In this document: positions 1-10,582 of the stretch, in pieces
Position numbering within the stretch: position 1 is the first letter of the stretch
Layout of the letters: each line of letters begins with the position of its first letter
IMG/VR virus record: IMGVR_UViG_3300029305_004519
Coordinates: 13,541 to 77,540 of that record
Strand: one strand, 5' to 3'
Length of the DNA: 64,000 nucleotides
DNA from: a virus
The notes under the pieces: model-generated
What the model was told of the DNA's origin: nothing
Database searches by the model: none
The model's input: only the letters and a program-made list of their open reading frames with translations
Translations under genes and position numbers: made by a program

Positions 1-583
1 GCTCTATCAATCACTTTTACATCTTTGCCATCAAGCAGTGATAAGGGGCGGCCGGCGCGAATATCCATAGAGACTCTTATAATTTCTGACTCTTGTGCTT
101 GACGATGTACTTCTTTTAAGAATACATGTGGATTATCTAAAAGGTGATTATCCTCTTCTGGATTGATACTGGGTAATTGAAAAGGATCCCCTAGACATAT
201 GATGTGAGCATTATGTTTAAACAGTTGTTGAATTAGGTCTTTGCTTACCATTGAGACCTCGTCTACGATAACTAGTTTATAGGGAATAAATTCTACTGGT
301 CTGCGGAAAAAGGTTCCATCTCCATTTGGAAAATGCTCATATAAAAGGCGGTGAAGAGTGCAAACATTTTTATGCCCCTTCTTTTGCAAGACATTACACG
401 CTTTTCCCGTAAAACAAGAGTAAACAATATTTTCTTCTGGTATTTGCAGGGCTGCGACTAGAAATTTCACAAGCGTGCTCTTTCCACTGCCGGCCCAACC
501 CGCTATTACTGTATACTTTTCTCCTGCCTTATATCGTTGAAGTGCAATGGTAAGTCCAGTTAATTGCTGATCAGTTAAGACCA
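1..583 (-). CDS. SF1 helicase (RecD/Dda-like), N-terminal part. The gene continues past the window start.
   Basis: Hand translation of the minus strand from an ATG at 583-581 gives MVLTDQQLTGL...GWAGSGKST (Walker A) and ...IVDEVSMV (Walker B). The ORF stays open to position 1. Confidence 0.55.
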
Positions 584-949
584 TGTATCATTCACCACCT
601 TGCTTATTTCTTGCAAACGTCTAAAGTAAGCTTCTTTAGCATCGCATACTTCATCTAAAGCAATAACTAAATCTTCATTTTTACTTAATGCGTCACCAAG
701 AGCCTCTTCAACGCATTCAAGCTCTTCTCGTAGTTCTGCATTGCGCTCTTCCCAAAGAGATAGGTCATTTAAATATTGTTGTGCGCTTACAACATCTTCA
801 ATCTCTCCTTGAACTATCAGATATTTTTCTTTCATTTCTGCTTCAAAGATATTGCGTTCAAGAGCATTGCAATTTAACTTATCAAATCCTTTAGCTTGAT
901 AAAGTTGTTGCATTAAATCTTTTATTATATCTAAAACCTTGTCTTCCAT
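575..949 (-). CDS. Hypothetical coiled-coil protein
   Basis: ORF-track protein of 124 aa, heptad-rich, TAA stop. Overlaps the downstream helicase start. Confidence 0.45.
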   Translation of the reverse strand: MEDKVLDIIKDLMQQLYQAKGFDKLNCNALERNIFEAEMKEKYLIVQGEIEDVVSAQQYLNDLSLWEERNAELREELECVEEALGDALSKNEDLVIALDEVCDAKEAYFRRLQEISKVVNDTWS

Positions 950-1184
950 TATTTATCCTCCAATTTATATCCGTATTTCTTTATCATTTCATCTTCTTTA
1001 TCCTACTCAATACAAGGCTTAATTGAGAAGTAGACATATTGCGCTATAGCCCAGACTTCGTGCGGTAATGCTTTAACACATTTAAGGTTCTCTTGAGTGG
1101 AGGTTTGCTCTAACCAATGCTCATAAGTCCAATGTTTTTCTATTGCATGATAAGCACTGCTTACTAAATGTTCAATACAAAGCA

Positions 1185-1604
1185 TTATTCTTCCTCCAGC
1201 CTATTTCCATATTCTTGTTGAAATAATTTATCTGTCATAATCCATGAAATTGCTCCTTGTCCAAACATGGTAATCACCCAAAACCGATACCCATTGTATT
1301 CAAAAGGCTGAGCAAACTGTGGAAAATAACTGCCTTCTTCTGTAATATCTATTGATGGAGCATCGCTAAGTCCTGCGAACCAACTAATTCTGGAACCAAG
1401 TTCTCGATCAAGTTCTGGTTCATCACTATATAAAAACCACTCATCATCATGAGAATAGCCAGCCTCTGTATGTTTCATCATCCAGGCTCTAAACTGTGGT
1501 TCTAATGAAAGTTTTTTAATTCGTTCATCATGCTCTAAAAAAGGCAAAAAACAATCGTTACTAACAGGTTTGGTTAATTCATATATAAATTCTTGATCTG
1601 TCAT
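1185..1604 (-). CDS. Hypothetical protein
   Basis: 139-aa ORF directly downstream of a conserved promoter at 1631-1668; RBS-like GGAATAAG upstream. Confidence 0.45.
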   Translation of the reverse strand: MTDQEFIYELTKPVSNDCFLPFLEHDERIKKLSLEPQFRAWMMKHTEAGYSHDDEWFLYSDEPELDRELGSRISWFAGLSDAPSIDITEEGSYFPQFAQPFEYNGYRFWVITMFGQGAISWIMTDKLFQQEYGNRLEEE

Positions 1605-1630
1605 TATTCTTATTCCTCTTTTCTTATTCT

Positions 1631-1668
1631 TATAATATATTATAACATAATTTTAATAAAAAATCAAC
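1631..1668 (-). promoter_or_regulatory. Conserved phage promoter (middle/late class). Minus strand reads TTGATT-N17(TGt)-TATAAT.
   Basis: Reverse complement of 1631-1668 is TTGATTTTTTATTAAAATTATGTTATAATATATTATA: -35 TTGATT, 17-nt spacer, extended -10. The same ~35-nt motif recurs about 20 times in the window. Confidence 0.7.
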
Positions 1669-1674
1669 AGAAGA

Positions 1675-1899
1675 TTATTCTTCTGTTGATTTTGTTTCTA
1701 TAGTTGCAGTGTATTTTACAATAAATTGTTTATGACATATTGGACATTCAGATATTTCTGTTCCCTCAACAAGTGGCGGGATACGTCTGCCACCTTTCAC
1801 TATTTTTTCTTCTTGAACAAAATGCGCAATTACGGGTTTACCATTATGCCAACAGTTTGTTTTAAAACGACATTCTTTTTTCTTTTTCTTAAAAAACAT
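1675..1899 (-). CDS. Small zinc-ribbon-like protein
   Basis: 74 aa with C..C...CPIC cysteine pairs. Confidence 0.35.
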   Translation of the reverse strand: MFFKKKKKECRFKTNCWHNGKPVIAHFVQEEKIVKGGRRIPPLVEGTEISECPICHKQFIVKYTATIETKSTEE

Positions 1900-1972
1900 A
1901 TTTTACTCCTAAAAATTCTAAAACTGCTTTTCATTTTGAATTTACGACCCAGTTCGCTCCGAGCATTAGATA

Positions 1973-3667
1973 TCAGAAATTATACCTACTTTCACCTGTA
2001 ATTGCATATTCTTCAATGAATATCTGCGGACTTACCCAGCCATTGTATTCATTTTTATTTGGCTTCCCAATGATATCCATTTCCACATAACCTTGAGTGT
2101 TTTGAAGTTTCTCACATAAGTCATCTGGAGCATTAAATAGCATTATTGACAAGCGGTTGGGAAGTGTTATCTTGAGAGTATTGTTTTTCTTTACATATAC
2201 CGTTACCATATCTGCCGTTACTTTTAAGCCATCAATAGCAACGAATGATTCTTCCACATCTTTGCCCCAAATGCCATCAAGTTCAGCTATCTCAAGGATT
2301 TGATTAGGATCTACATTTGTGTTGTGATAGATATAGTCTACATAGTGAACTGGTTCAGAGGCCATGTGTTGAAGGGCGCGGTCGGTCGATTCAAGAAAGA
2401 AGGGCACGTCCTCTGGAAGAAGACCTAAACCAAATGCGCCTTGGTGTCCAGCCACGTATTGAATAAGTCCAGTTTCTTCGCAGATATCTTTGAAGTTAGA
2501 TACATCCGCTTTATCACAACCTCGCGCCGAACCTTCATAACAGTCATATTTGCGCGCAACGAGAGTTGGAGTTGCGTCCACTTCGCGCTCGCGGCGGGTT
2601 AAAACTGCGCATGGACGCTGATATTTTCCCATAATCTTGTTTGCCACTAAACCAGCTACATTTGGTTCTACCTCACCTGGTTCCAAGAGGAATAGCAACA
2701 CTTTGTGCGCCATCATATTCTCTTCCTCAATTCTACTTTCAAGACGCGCCATTGCGTCGTCTTGAGCCTTCGTTTGGCGCGTCTTTACATTTTTACAAGT
2801 GCGCACTGCCTGTGTTACCAACTGTTCAGTTTCACCCTGCTTATGCCCACGCTTTGTAGAATATATATAATCAAAAGCCTTAAACTTCAAGAAGGATTTG
2901 AAAAGAAGCTCCTTTTCTTCTTCTTCGCCGCTACGCACCATAGCATTAACAAATGGCGCAATATACCAAGCGGCGCCATGTGGCGTAATCTTATCTCCAA
3001 GAGAGTAAGCATTACTTTCAGCTATTGTTGCGATAAATGGATTATGGATATTCTCTGCGCGGAAGCCTTTCATTATAAGATGCTTTGTTTCTATTGATTG
3101 AAGCGACATCATATCAGCTGTATTACCAAGCGCTACAAGGTCAAGATAATTTTGCGCATAATTAGTATGCATAAGTGAATCGAGATATCTGCAGAACTGC
3201 CATGTAATACCAACACCTGATAGTTGCTTGTTTGGATAAGTGCAAAGCTGGTTGTTAATTACTATTGCATTGGGCGAGACTATATCTGCTTCGTGGTGAT
3301 CTAAGACAATAATATCTACGCCTTTATCAATAAAGGCTAGGTGATATTCATAGTCGTTAGATGATGCATCTGGACACAAGATTAATGCATAATTGGCGGC
3401 CGCCCATTCAACATCAACATCACTAAGCCCATGTTGTTTACCGCTATGAATAAACCAGTCTAAGTTATTTTGAACCCAAGCCGGGAAGTGGTCATAGAGG
3501 TAGTTGATTAAGAGCGCGGACGAGGTAAATCCGTCACAATCTGAGTCTACGATAACTAGCGCCCGGGCGCCTTGAGAAATCGTTTTTATTAAGGTTTGAG
3601 CTGCCTTGCGTAATCGATCGGCGCCCAATAAATTAAAGTCATTAATATCTGCATCTGTTGTATTCAA
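1973..3667 (-). CDS. recJ: RecJ-like ssDNA exonuclease (DHH/DHHA1 phosphoesterase)
   Basis: Motifs IVDSDCDGFTSS (DHH motif I) and VLDHHEADI (DHH). 564 aa. Confidence 0.7.
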   Translation of the reverse strand: MNTTDADINDFNLLGADRLRKAAQTLIKTISQGARALVIVDSDCDGFTSSALLINYLYDHFPAWVQNNLDWFIHSGKQHGLSDVDVEWAAANYALILCPDASSNDYEYHLAFIDKGVDIIVLDHHEADIVSPNAIVINNQLCTYPNKQLSGVGITWQFCRYLDSLMHTNYAQNYLDLVALGNTADMMSLQSIETKHLIMKGFRAENIHNPFIATIAESNAYSLGDKITPHGAAWYIAPFVNAMVRSGEEEEKELLFKSFLKFKAFDYIYSTKRGHKQGETEQLVTQAVRTCKNVKTRQTKAQDDAMARLESRIEEENMMAHKVLLFLLEPGEVEPNVAGLVANKIMGKYQRPCAVLTRREREVDATPTLVARKYDCYEGSARGCDKADVSNFKDICEETGLIQYVAGHQGAFGLGLLPEDVPFFLESTDRALQHMASEPVHYVDYIYHNTNVDPNQILEIAELDGIWGKDVEESFVAIDGLKVTADMVTVYVKKNNTLKITLPNRLSIMLFNAPDDLCEKLQNTQGYVEMDIIGKPNKNEYNGWVSPQIFIEEYAITGESRYNF

Positions 3668-3755
3668 CCAATGGTGGATATCATAGTATGGGATACCTCT
3701 GTTAGTTAATACCTACTCTATTGCTGAATAGTGCGGATTTATATTTCCTAAAAGT

Positions 3756-4124
3756 TTATAATTCATTTCTTTTCACCTGCTTTCCCCATGTGGGTGTAGT
3801 CGCAAGAGCATCGTAGTAATACTGATTACCCATTCCGCTATCTCCAAATCCGTATTCTCGGAAAGAAGCTAATTTCATATAAGAAATATAAAATCCAAGA
3901 GTAAAAGGTTTACCTTGTTTTTCTTTTGCATATCTTCGCTCCTTCCAAAAATATTCAAAATATGGGATATCAAGCTCTTCTAATATCCACATAAAAGTTT
4001 CTGGTCTATCAGGATCAAAATGCTTATTGATACAATCTTTGCAAATTTTAAAATAGTTGTTATGTTTGGTAGTTAAAAAACTTTTTTCTTCTTTTGTTTG
4101 ATGACAATTTTTACATTCTATCAC
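3756..4124 (-). CDS. Hypothetical Zn-finger protein
   Basis: CKNCH...CKDC motifs. 122 aa. Confidence 0.4.
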   Translation of the reverse strand: MIECKNCHQTKEEKSFLTTKHNNYFKICKDCINKHFDPDRPETFMWILEELDIPYFEYFWKERRYAKEKQGKPFTLGFYISYMKLASFREYGFGDSGMGNQYYYDALATTPTWGKQVKRNEL

Positions 4125-4139
4125 AATCTTGCCCCTTTC

Positions 4140-4340
4140 TTAAGCCAAAGTTAGTGGTCTATTATCCCACTCTTTTACTTGTAGTTTTTCAGTTGTTTGT
4201 AAAGTAATTTCTTTGTTACAGTAATTACATTTATAATATTCGATTTTATTACCTTGATATTCACCATAAGGGCCACCTCCTGTATGAGAGCCCTGGTAAT
4301 ATAAATATTGCAATTGTTGTTTGCATATAGGGCATTTCAT
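4140..4340 (-). CDS. Small zinc-ribbon protein
   Basis: CPICKQQ...CNYCNKE. 66 aa. Confidence 0.4.
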   Translation of the reverse strand: MKCPICKQQLQYLYYQGSHTGGGPYGEYQGNKIEYYKCNYCNKEITLQTTEKLQVKEWDNRPLTLA

Positions 4341-5452
4341 TATAATCTTACCCTTTCTTTAAATAATTTCATAAATGTTTCTGCGCCACAGTCGACGGGC
4401 GCATCTTTATATCCTAACATATCTCCCTTTTTATCAAAGATAAAAGAGATATTAACTAATTTCCTATATTTATTATGCAGCGCCGTTAGTTTCTTCGTCC
4501 ACTGCTTAAACTCTGCATCATTAGGTTCCTTAAATTGCTTATCAAAAGCAATCACTATCTCTATTGCTCCATACTGGCGCAAAAGGTCGACTTGATGCTG
4601 AATTAAGTTACTACCACAAGTTGCAACAGAGATGTCATTATCGGCACCAAACATTGATGCATATTTTAATGCGCTTTTCTCCCCCTCAAAGACTATTGCA
4701 GTTCTAAACTTACGGATGTTGTCTTTTGAGAAGTTTAAGTTATATAAAGCAAAACCTAATGGATGATTGTATTGAACGCCATTAAGAATCGCTGGTCGAT
4801 ACTTTCCGTATGCTTCTTCTTCTTTGATAAGCGTGCGTTCACGGATACCTATTAGTGCCCCATTTTCATCATAATGAGGTATCACAATACCTTGATTAAC
4901 TGGATCATAGCAGATACCGTGAGAATCCATTATCTCTTGAGTTATTCCTTCGTTAAGCCATGGCGTAATGCGCGGGCGTGGCAAATGCTGAAGAATATTT
5001 TCATCAAATTCTTTAAACTCAATTATTTTTTTATCATTACTGATGGAACTATTTTGTTGATAATTCTTTAAAATATCCCAATCACGAAGTTTTTGTTGAG
5101 AGTCTCCAAAATTTTCATCTTCAGATGAAGCTATGCTAAAGTAATGGGCAACATACCCTACGGCGCGCGATAGTGACCACTCTTCACCGCGCTGAAGCGC
5201 CCATTTGCGTGTTAGGTCAAAGATGTCGAATGAGTCACCACATTGAGTCCAACAATGGAACAACTTTGTATTCTCATAGTAGTAGAGTTTATGCGAACCA
5301 GTTCCGATTGGATTATGGCAGATGGTTCTTGAGATAAAGATTTCAGCACCATTTGAATCAAGTCGTGGTTCTCCTCCAAGCTCGGCAATATAATCGAATA
5401 CTTGTTGGAAGGTGAGTTGTTGCTTGATTGCGTCACTGTCATACCTCATTTT
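4340..5452 (-). CDS. DNA primase (DnaG-like; CHC2 zinc finger plus TOPRIM)
   Basis: CHNP...HKLYYYENTKLFHCWTQCG zinc finger; TOPRIM segment IVFEGEKSALK...VIAFDKQ. RBS GGGAGGAGAAAA upstream of the ATG at 5452. Confidence 0.8.
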   Translation of the reverse strand, partial: KMRYDSDAIKQQLTFQQVFDYIAELGGEPRLDSNGAEIFISRTICHNPIGTGSHKLYYYENTKLFHCWTQCGDSFDIFDLTRKWALQRGEEWSLSRAVGYVAHYFSIASSEDENFGDSQQKLRDWDILKNYQQNSSISNDKKIIEFKEFDENILQHLPRPRITPWLNEGITQEIMDSHGICYDPVNQGIVIPHYDENGALIGIRERTLIKEEEAYGKYRPAILNGVQYNHPLGFALYNLNFSKDNIRKFRTAIVFEGEKSALKYASMFGADNDISVATCGSNLIQHQVDLLRQYGAIEIVIAFDKQFKEPNDAEFKQWTKKLTALHNKYRKLVNISFIFDKKGDMLGYKDAPVDCGAETFMKLFKERVRL

Positions 5453-5894
5453 TCTCCTCCCTATATTTCGAACATATAAAACCAAAACCATCTATTCTAC
5501 CTTTTTTAAGCGTACAATAGTATGACCCTTGTTTAAAGGTGCAAAAAATACAATTTGGTTTGCAGAAAGTAAGATTACAAGCGTCCTCAAAAAAATTACA
5601 TTTTGCTCGCTGATCTCTTTTGTGATAATAATCGCAAGGCATATCTTTATAAAATTCTTTAAGAGGTTCAGGATGATTGAACAAACATATTGGACCTACC
5701 ATGGGATCACTGTCATCAAAATGAATACAATCATCTTGACAAGTTTTCTGCTCTCTAACAGGCTCAGTTTCTATATAACATCCGCATTTCCCATCGGCGT
5801 CAATATTAATCACATAGTTATCACATATTCCATTATAATTAAATAAGCAATTAGGATGCGCCTTACATTTTACTATTGTGTTCTTTTGATCCAT
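5439..5894 (-). CDS. Cysteine-rich hypothetical protein (about 23 Cys in 151 aa)
   Basis: ORF lying between the primase and helicase genes. No recognisable catalytic motif. Confidence 0.4.
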   Translation of the reverse strand: MDQKNTIVKCKAHPNCLFNYNGICDNYVINIDADGKCGCYIETEPVREQKTCQDDCIHFDDSDPMVGPICLFNHPEPLKEFYKDMPCDYYHKRDQRAKCNFFEDACNLTFCKPNCIFCTFKQGSYYCTLKKGRIDGFGFICSKYREEKNEV

Positions 5895-5908
5895 AATATT
5901 TTTTCTCC

Positions 5909-7453
5909 TTAAAAGGCTGATAAATCAACGCTCTTCTTTACATTTATTTTAAAGTCCTCAATATCAACTAATTCATAACTATATTTAGTTACGAATATTG
6001 GATCTAATCTACAAATACCACGGTCTGATTTAATCCAGACTAAAACATTCTTCCAACGACCTCGTCTATTCTTATAAATCGACATCTTAATATCTGGCAT
6101 TTCACATCCAAGACGCTTAACCAAAGGTGCCAACGCCTCTTTATCCTTATCCGTCGCCTCAAGCAAAATAGAACCAGCATCAATTTTATCTGCTATAGAC
6201 TTTGCACCACGAAGCAATCCTTGGTCATAAACCTCTGCCTCGTGATAATCATTACTCAGCTGAGTTGCAGACATAATGAATATTCCATACTGATTGCACA
6301 AATCTTTAAGTCTTACGGAAATCATAAAGAGAATATTATCTTCTCTAAGACGCACGCCGCCACTTCTTCGAGTAATTTCTTCGAGAATCTTCATACTTGT
6401 GTGTATATAGTCGTGGAATACATACTTGATATCATTCTCTCTAATGCCTTTCTTGATAACATTTTCAATGTCTTGCAATGAGAAATCTGGAAGTGCTTCA
6501 AAATAGATTTTTCCAGTCTTTAAGAGTTGCGCAGCATGGAGTGCGCGCTCCCATTCACCTTCAAGATATTCACCTGTAACAATATGCTCCTCATTCACAC
6601 CAGACAAAAATGCTATCATCATAGTCTGAACTTCTGATAGCTCTTGCTCTGTTGCTATATAAAGTGTTGCTTGAGGCTCACCCGTGTTTATCCAAGTTCG
6701 CTCTTCAATACTATACATAGAGCCGCATCCAATATAACACGCATCTGCTACCATAGAACGCGTTTTACCAACACCCGTTGCGGCTGAACGGAGATAGAAC
6801 TTTTTCAAGCGTGCGCCGCGGAAAATAGTATTAATATATTTCCCATATAATGGGTAGCCGAGCTCAGGATGCTGTTTTAGTTGCTCAAGAAGCAGCTCCA
6901 CATCGGCGCCCGCTTGAACAATATCAGCTTCACAGTTATCTACATAAACTGACTTAACTTCATCTATCTTTTTATCAATTAAATCTGCGATTTCTACAAG
7001 AGGTGTGTTATCTAACCAGTCCTCTTGCGCCTGTTTCTTCTTTGCATCGAAGATATTGTCCATATCATAGAGCCACGATAAATCCATTCCACAGCGCTCA
7101 TTATACATACGCAAAAGAGTCATCTTTTTGACTCTATCATAGTAATACTGAAATGCACTTATTTGTGTAGCTTCTTTAAGCTGCTCAAGATACTCTGCAC
7201 CCTTATTCGCCTTATATATCGCTTGGCGCTTAGGACGTTGCGCTAGATAGTCTTCTATTGCATTGAGAGTTATCTCCTTTGCGCCGAGTGCATGGAGATT
7301 ATATATAGTTCCAAAAAGAGTCACATGAAAATCTTCACAAAAATCCTCTTCGTGGAAGTGATAATTTTCGTTATCTAAAAGTGAGGGTTGGATATAGATA
7401 GCGCCAATAACTTGCATTATTGCGGCAGTATCTACATATTTGCTTTTGCTCAT
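5909..7453 (-). CDS. dnaB: Replicative DNA helicase (DnaB family)
   Basis: N-terminal DnaB-like domain; Walker A SAATGVGKT; RecA-like core of 514 aa. Confidence 0.8.
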   Translation of the reverse strand: MSKSKYVDTAAIMQVIGAIYIQPSLLDNENYHFHEEDFCEDFHVTLFGTIYNLHALGAKEITLNAIEDYLAQRPKRQAIYKANKGAEYLEQLKEATQISAFQYYYDRVKKMTLLRMYNERCGMDLSWLYDMDNIFDAKKKQAQEDWLDNTPLVEIADLIDKKIDEVKSVYVDNCEADIVQAGADVELLLEQLKQHPELGYPLYGKYINTIFRGARLKKFYLRSAATGVGKTRSMVADACYIGCGSMYSIEERTWINTGEPQATLYIATEQELSEVQTMMIAFLSGVNEEHIVTGEYLEGEWERALHAAQLLKTGKIYFEALPDFSLQDIENVIKKGIRENDIKYVFHDYIHTSMKILEEITRRSGGVRLREDNILFMISVRLKDLCNQYGIFIMSATQLSNDYHEAEVYDQGLLRGAKSIADKIDAGSILLEATDKDKEALAPLVKRLGCEMPDIKMSIYKNRRGRWKNVLVWIKSDRGICRLDPIFVTKYSYELVDIEDFKINVKKSVDLSAF

Positions 7454-7971
7454 TCCTCTTCCTCCAAATCATCTAAGTTAAACAAGCGCGGTGGTTTTAC
7501 GATTCTTATAGGTGGTTCAATAGAGAATTCTCTAACCTTAACTTGAAAATGCTCTACATCTTTGTCTTCATTAGCTACTGCCGCCAGATATAGCGCATAG
7601 TAATAGGCACACGCGTCTTTATACACATAGGGTACAATACCTATTGCGCCATTTGCTTTTTCTACATCGTTTCCTTTTAATTCATACCACCATTTAAGCG
7701 TTTTTAATATTCCGCTATAAGAATATTTATATACTTCTTTATATTCCTTGAGCTGTTTCCATACTCGCGGATTTAAATCCTCTCCTAAGAGGTATTTTAT
7801 ATATTCGATTAATTCATTATAGTCTCGTTCTTCTTGAGACATTGATGCCATATGTGTTTCATAGCATTTTTGATGCGCGTAACGATTACCTTTTGGTTTT
7901 GCGCAAGGCTCAGAGTTACGATCAAAAAGCTGACCACAGTAGAGGCATTTAACCATTGCTTTACTTGCCAT
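7450..7971 (-). CDS. Hypothetical Zn-finger protein (possible helicase-associated factor)
   Basis: CLYCGQ...C...HQKC. Translationally coupled to dnaB. Confidence 0.35.
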   Translation of the reverse strand: MASKAMVKCLYCGQLFDRNSEPCAKPKGNRYAHQKCYETHMASMSQEERDYNELIEYIKYLLGEDLNPRVWKQLKEYKEVYKYSYSGILKTLKWWYELKGNDVEKANGAIGIVPYVYKDACAYYYALYLAAVANEDKDVEHFQVKVREFSIEPPIRIVKPPRLFNLDDLEEEE

Positions 7972-8324
7972 TTAACACCACCAACTATAATACAAGTCTT
8001 CCTCTTTTGTAGGAATTTTTATTACTCTATATGAATTAAATGTATCATCAATGATAATAGGATGGTTTTTATACATCGGGAGACCATTTTCATCATCATA
8101 GATTCCACAATCTATTCTTTCTTTTAAATTCTCAAAAGTCTTTTGAGTCATATATAAAGATACTCTTTTGCGATTATATGCATCACCCGTACATATATAA
8201 AAATCTAATTCTGCTTCGTAAAAGTTATTCATTTCTTTACCTCTTTTGATACTTTTATATGTATATTATAACATAAATTAAATGAAAAGTCAATAGAGGA
8301 TATCATCCTCTATTGACTAATTCA

Positions 8325-9308
8325 TTATTGAGCTGCATTTATCAAATCTCTAATTGCTGTAACAATTAAATCCAAAGCTTCTGTTTGTTCGCGAGAACAT
8401 TGGCTTACGCGCATTCCTTTGCCTAAATAGCTTTCGATTATCTGAGTAATACGAGGCTGCCAATAGGTTTTAAATGTTTCTTCGTCACTTTGACCTGAAA
8501 GATCTTGAATCATTGAATTAAACTGCATCATAAGTTCATCAAAATCAAGTTCCTTTGAAACGAATGTGTGCAAATTCGCGCCAGTGTCTGTGAAGTATTG
8601 AGTTCCATCCTCAGCCGCTTGTTTATCAATAGCATCACCTATTGCGTTTACAAGAGCATTATAGTTAAAATCAATATAATCAGGTGTATATTTAAATCTA
8701 CTTCCTGCCACGAAACGAGGAGTTCCGCGCATAAAGAGTTTTGTAGATTTTTCTCCAGACTCAGACTCAACAGTTCTCGCATATCCGATAATATCTGCCA
8801 TACGGTTTACGATATTACGAGGCTTATTGTCAAGAGTGGGAACGATCTGATTATACTCGTTACCATTCTGATCCTTAAAGGTTTTATCTTGCGCGTGAGA
8901 GATAATTACTAAGCCATATCCTAATTGAAGGATTGAACGAAGCGCGCCATCAAACTCTTGCGCTGCCATTTTGAAGCCCTTTCCGTAACCAATATCTCCA
9001 ATACTATCAACTCCAATAGATCCATCGGGTCGCTGCGCGTTTGCACAAATATACTTTTCACAATAGTCATAAGCAATATCTGCAGTATCGAGAATAATAG
9101 TTTCGAATCTAGCTTTAACTTGTTCATTCTTCAATTGGCGTAGAAATTTCTTAAACTCTGACCAGCTATTGATGGGTTGCGCCATGGCGCCGGGAATTGC
9201 ATTATATCCCTTTTCAAATGCTGCCAAAAGGTGATTAGGGAATTTAGTCGCGGTAGTAGTTTTACCGGTCTTTGCGTCTCCATAAAAGAAGACGCAATAA
9301 CCGCGCAT
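8325..9308 (-). CDS. RecA-like / AAA_24 (Sak4-like) ATPase
   Basis: FFYGDAKTGKTT Walker A; IILDTADIAYDYC Walker B. Confidence 0.6.
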   Translation of the reverse strand: MRGYCVFFYGDAKTGKTTTATKFPNHLLAAFEKGYNAIPGAMAQPINSWSEFKKFLRQLKNEQVKARFETIILDTADIAYDYCEKYICANAQRPDGSIGVDSIGDIGYGKGFKMAAQEFDGALRSILQLGYGLVIISHAQDKTFKDQNGNEYNQIVPTLDNKPRNIVNRMADIIGYARTVESESGEKSTKLFMRGTPRFVAGSRFKYTPDYIDFNYNALVNAIGDAIDKQAAEDGTQYFTDTGANLHTFVSKELDFDELMMQFNSMIQDLSGQSDEETFKTYWQPRITQIIESYLGKGMRVSQCSREQTEALDLIVTAIRDLINAAQ

Positions 9309-9378
9309 ATCACGAGAGACCTAATGGGGCTAAATATCAAGTAAGTTAAAATCTGCCATTTTTACTTACCTCACTTAA

Positions 9379-10344
9379 TTAAAATATAAAATTGCCTTCT
9401 TTTGCTTTAGGAGCGGCGGGCGCTGCTACAGGATTATTCTTCTGTGCCTTATACTCTTCACTTCTCTTCTTTTCCTCGGCAAGTTTAACCTGTCTATCCT
9501 GCATAGCTTTTGTAAGCTCTTCCCCAGTAAGAACACCCTCTTCACCAAAGTCATAAGGATTCTGTGAAGCTCTTACAACGAGCCACTCTTTAGTCTTGCG
9601 CTCAAAGGTTCTTACAGAGTCGCCGCCAAAAGCACTCTCTTCTTTGAGTTCAGTCTTTACAGTGTTGCAGTTGATAACGCCTTCAACCCAAGTATAAACA
9701 GGCTCACTACCAGACGCGCCAAGTCCTTCAAAGTAGTTCATACCGTTAGGATTCTTAACCGTGAAAGTAAGAGGAAGAAGTTCCTTGCGGAAATTAAACA
9801 CCGCACCACGAATAGCAACATGCTCGTCAATATTCTTCTCTTCGTCTGCATCAATATGAGTTACATTTGTAATAACCATATCACAACGGAAATAGGTTCT
9901 TTCTGCCTCATTCTCAGGAAGAGTGTTTACGATTGTTGCAAATCCCCCCTCGTGCATTACCTGAGATACGAGCTTATCTTCGCCATTCTCGTTGATATAG
10001 AAATCATTGAGCGCGAAAGAAGGCTCGAGCTTAACCATGGGCGCAGCGTCCTTGCCATCCTTGACCCAGGTCTTACCACCATCGATAAGCGCCTTAAGAG
10101 CAGTAAAGGTATTGTTAGTTCCACCGGCCTTAGTTGTAGGACTTACAAAGGTATAGTGAACGGGGATCACATTGAGACCTGCCTCGTCTACTGCAACTTG
10201 AATGGTTCCTGCGATAAATTCTTTACCGAAGTTATCAGACTTCTCATTTTTTACAGTCTTAACCTCAAGCATATTTCTGCCATTAGCTTCTCCAAAACTG
10301 TAAACTCTTCCTTGAATTGTAATTGAATTCTTTGTGTACTTCAT
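9379..10344 (-). CDS. Putative single-stranded DNA-binding protein
   Basis: Beta-rich OB-like repeats; Ala/Pro-rich tail ending ...GNFIF, resembling SSB C-terminal tips. Sits beside the Sak4-like ATPase. Confidence 0.35.
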   Translation of the reverse strand: MKYTKNSITIQGRVYSFGEANGRNMLEVKTVKNEKSDNFGKEFIAGTIQVAVDEAGLNVIPVHYTFVSPTTKAGGTNNTFTALKALIDGGKTWVKDGKDAAPMVKLEPSFALNDFYINENGEDKLVSQVMHEGGFATIVNTLPENEAERTYFRCDMVITNVTHIDADEEKNIDEHVAIRGAVFNFRKELLPLTFTVKNPNGMNYFEGLGASGSEPVYTWVEGVINCNTVKTELKEESAFGGDSVRTFERKTKEWLVVRASQNPYDFGEEGVLTGEELTKAMQDRQVKLAEEKKRSEEYKAQKNNPVAAPAAPKAKEGNFIF

Positions 10345-10582
10345 TTCTTTCTCCTTTTTAATTTAATTATTTTACTTATTTAATATTTTTGTCCAATACT
10401 TTTATTATTATAACAAAAATTTTTTATTTAGTCAAATAAAAGCTGCATTATATCATTAACTATTTCATAAGTCATTCGAGAACTTCCATCGTTATTGTAG
10501 CAAGTTATTCCTTTTGTTTTAAGATATTCTTCTAAAACAGGAAAAGGTATATAAGAAATTGCTAAAACTATAAATTCTTCCA

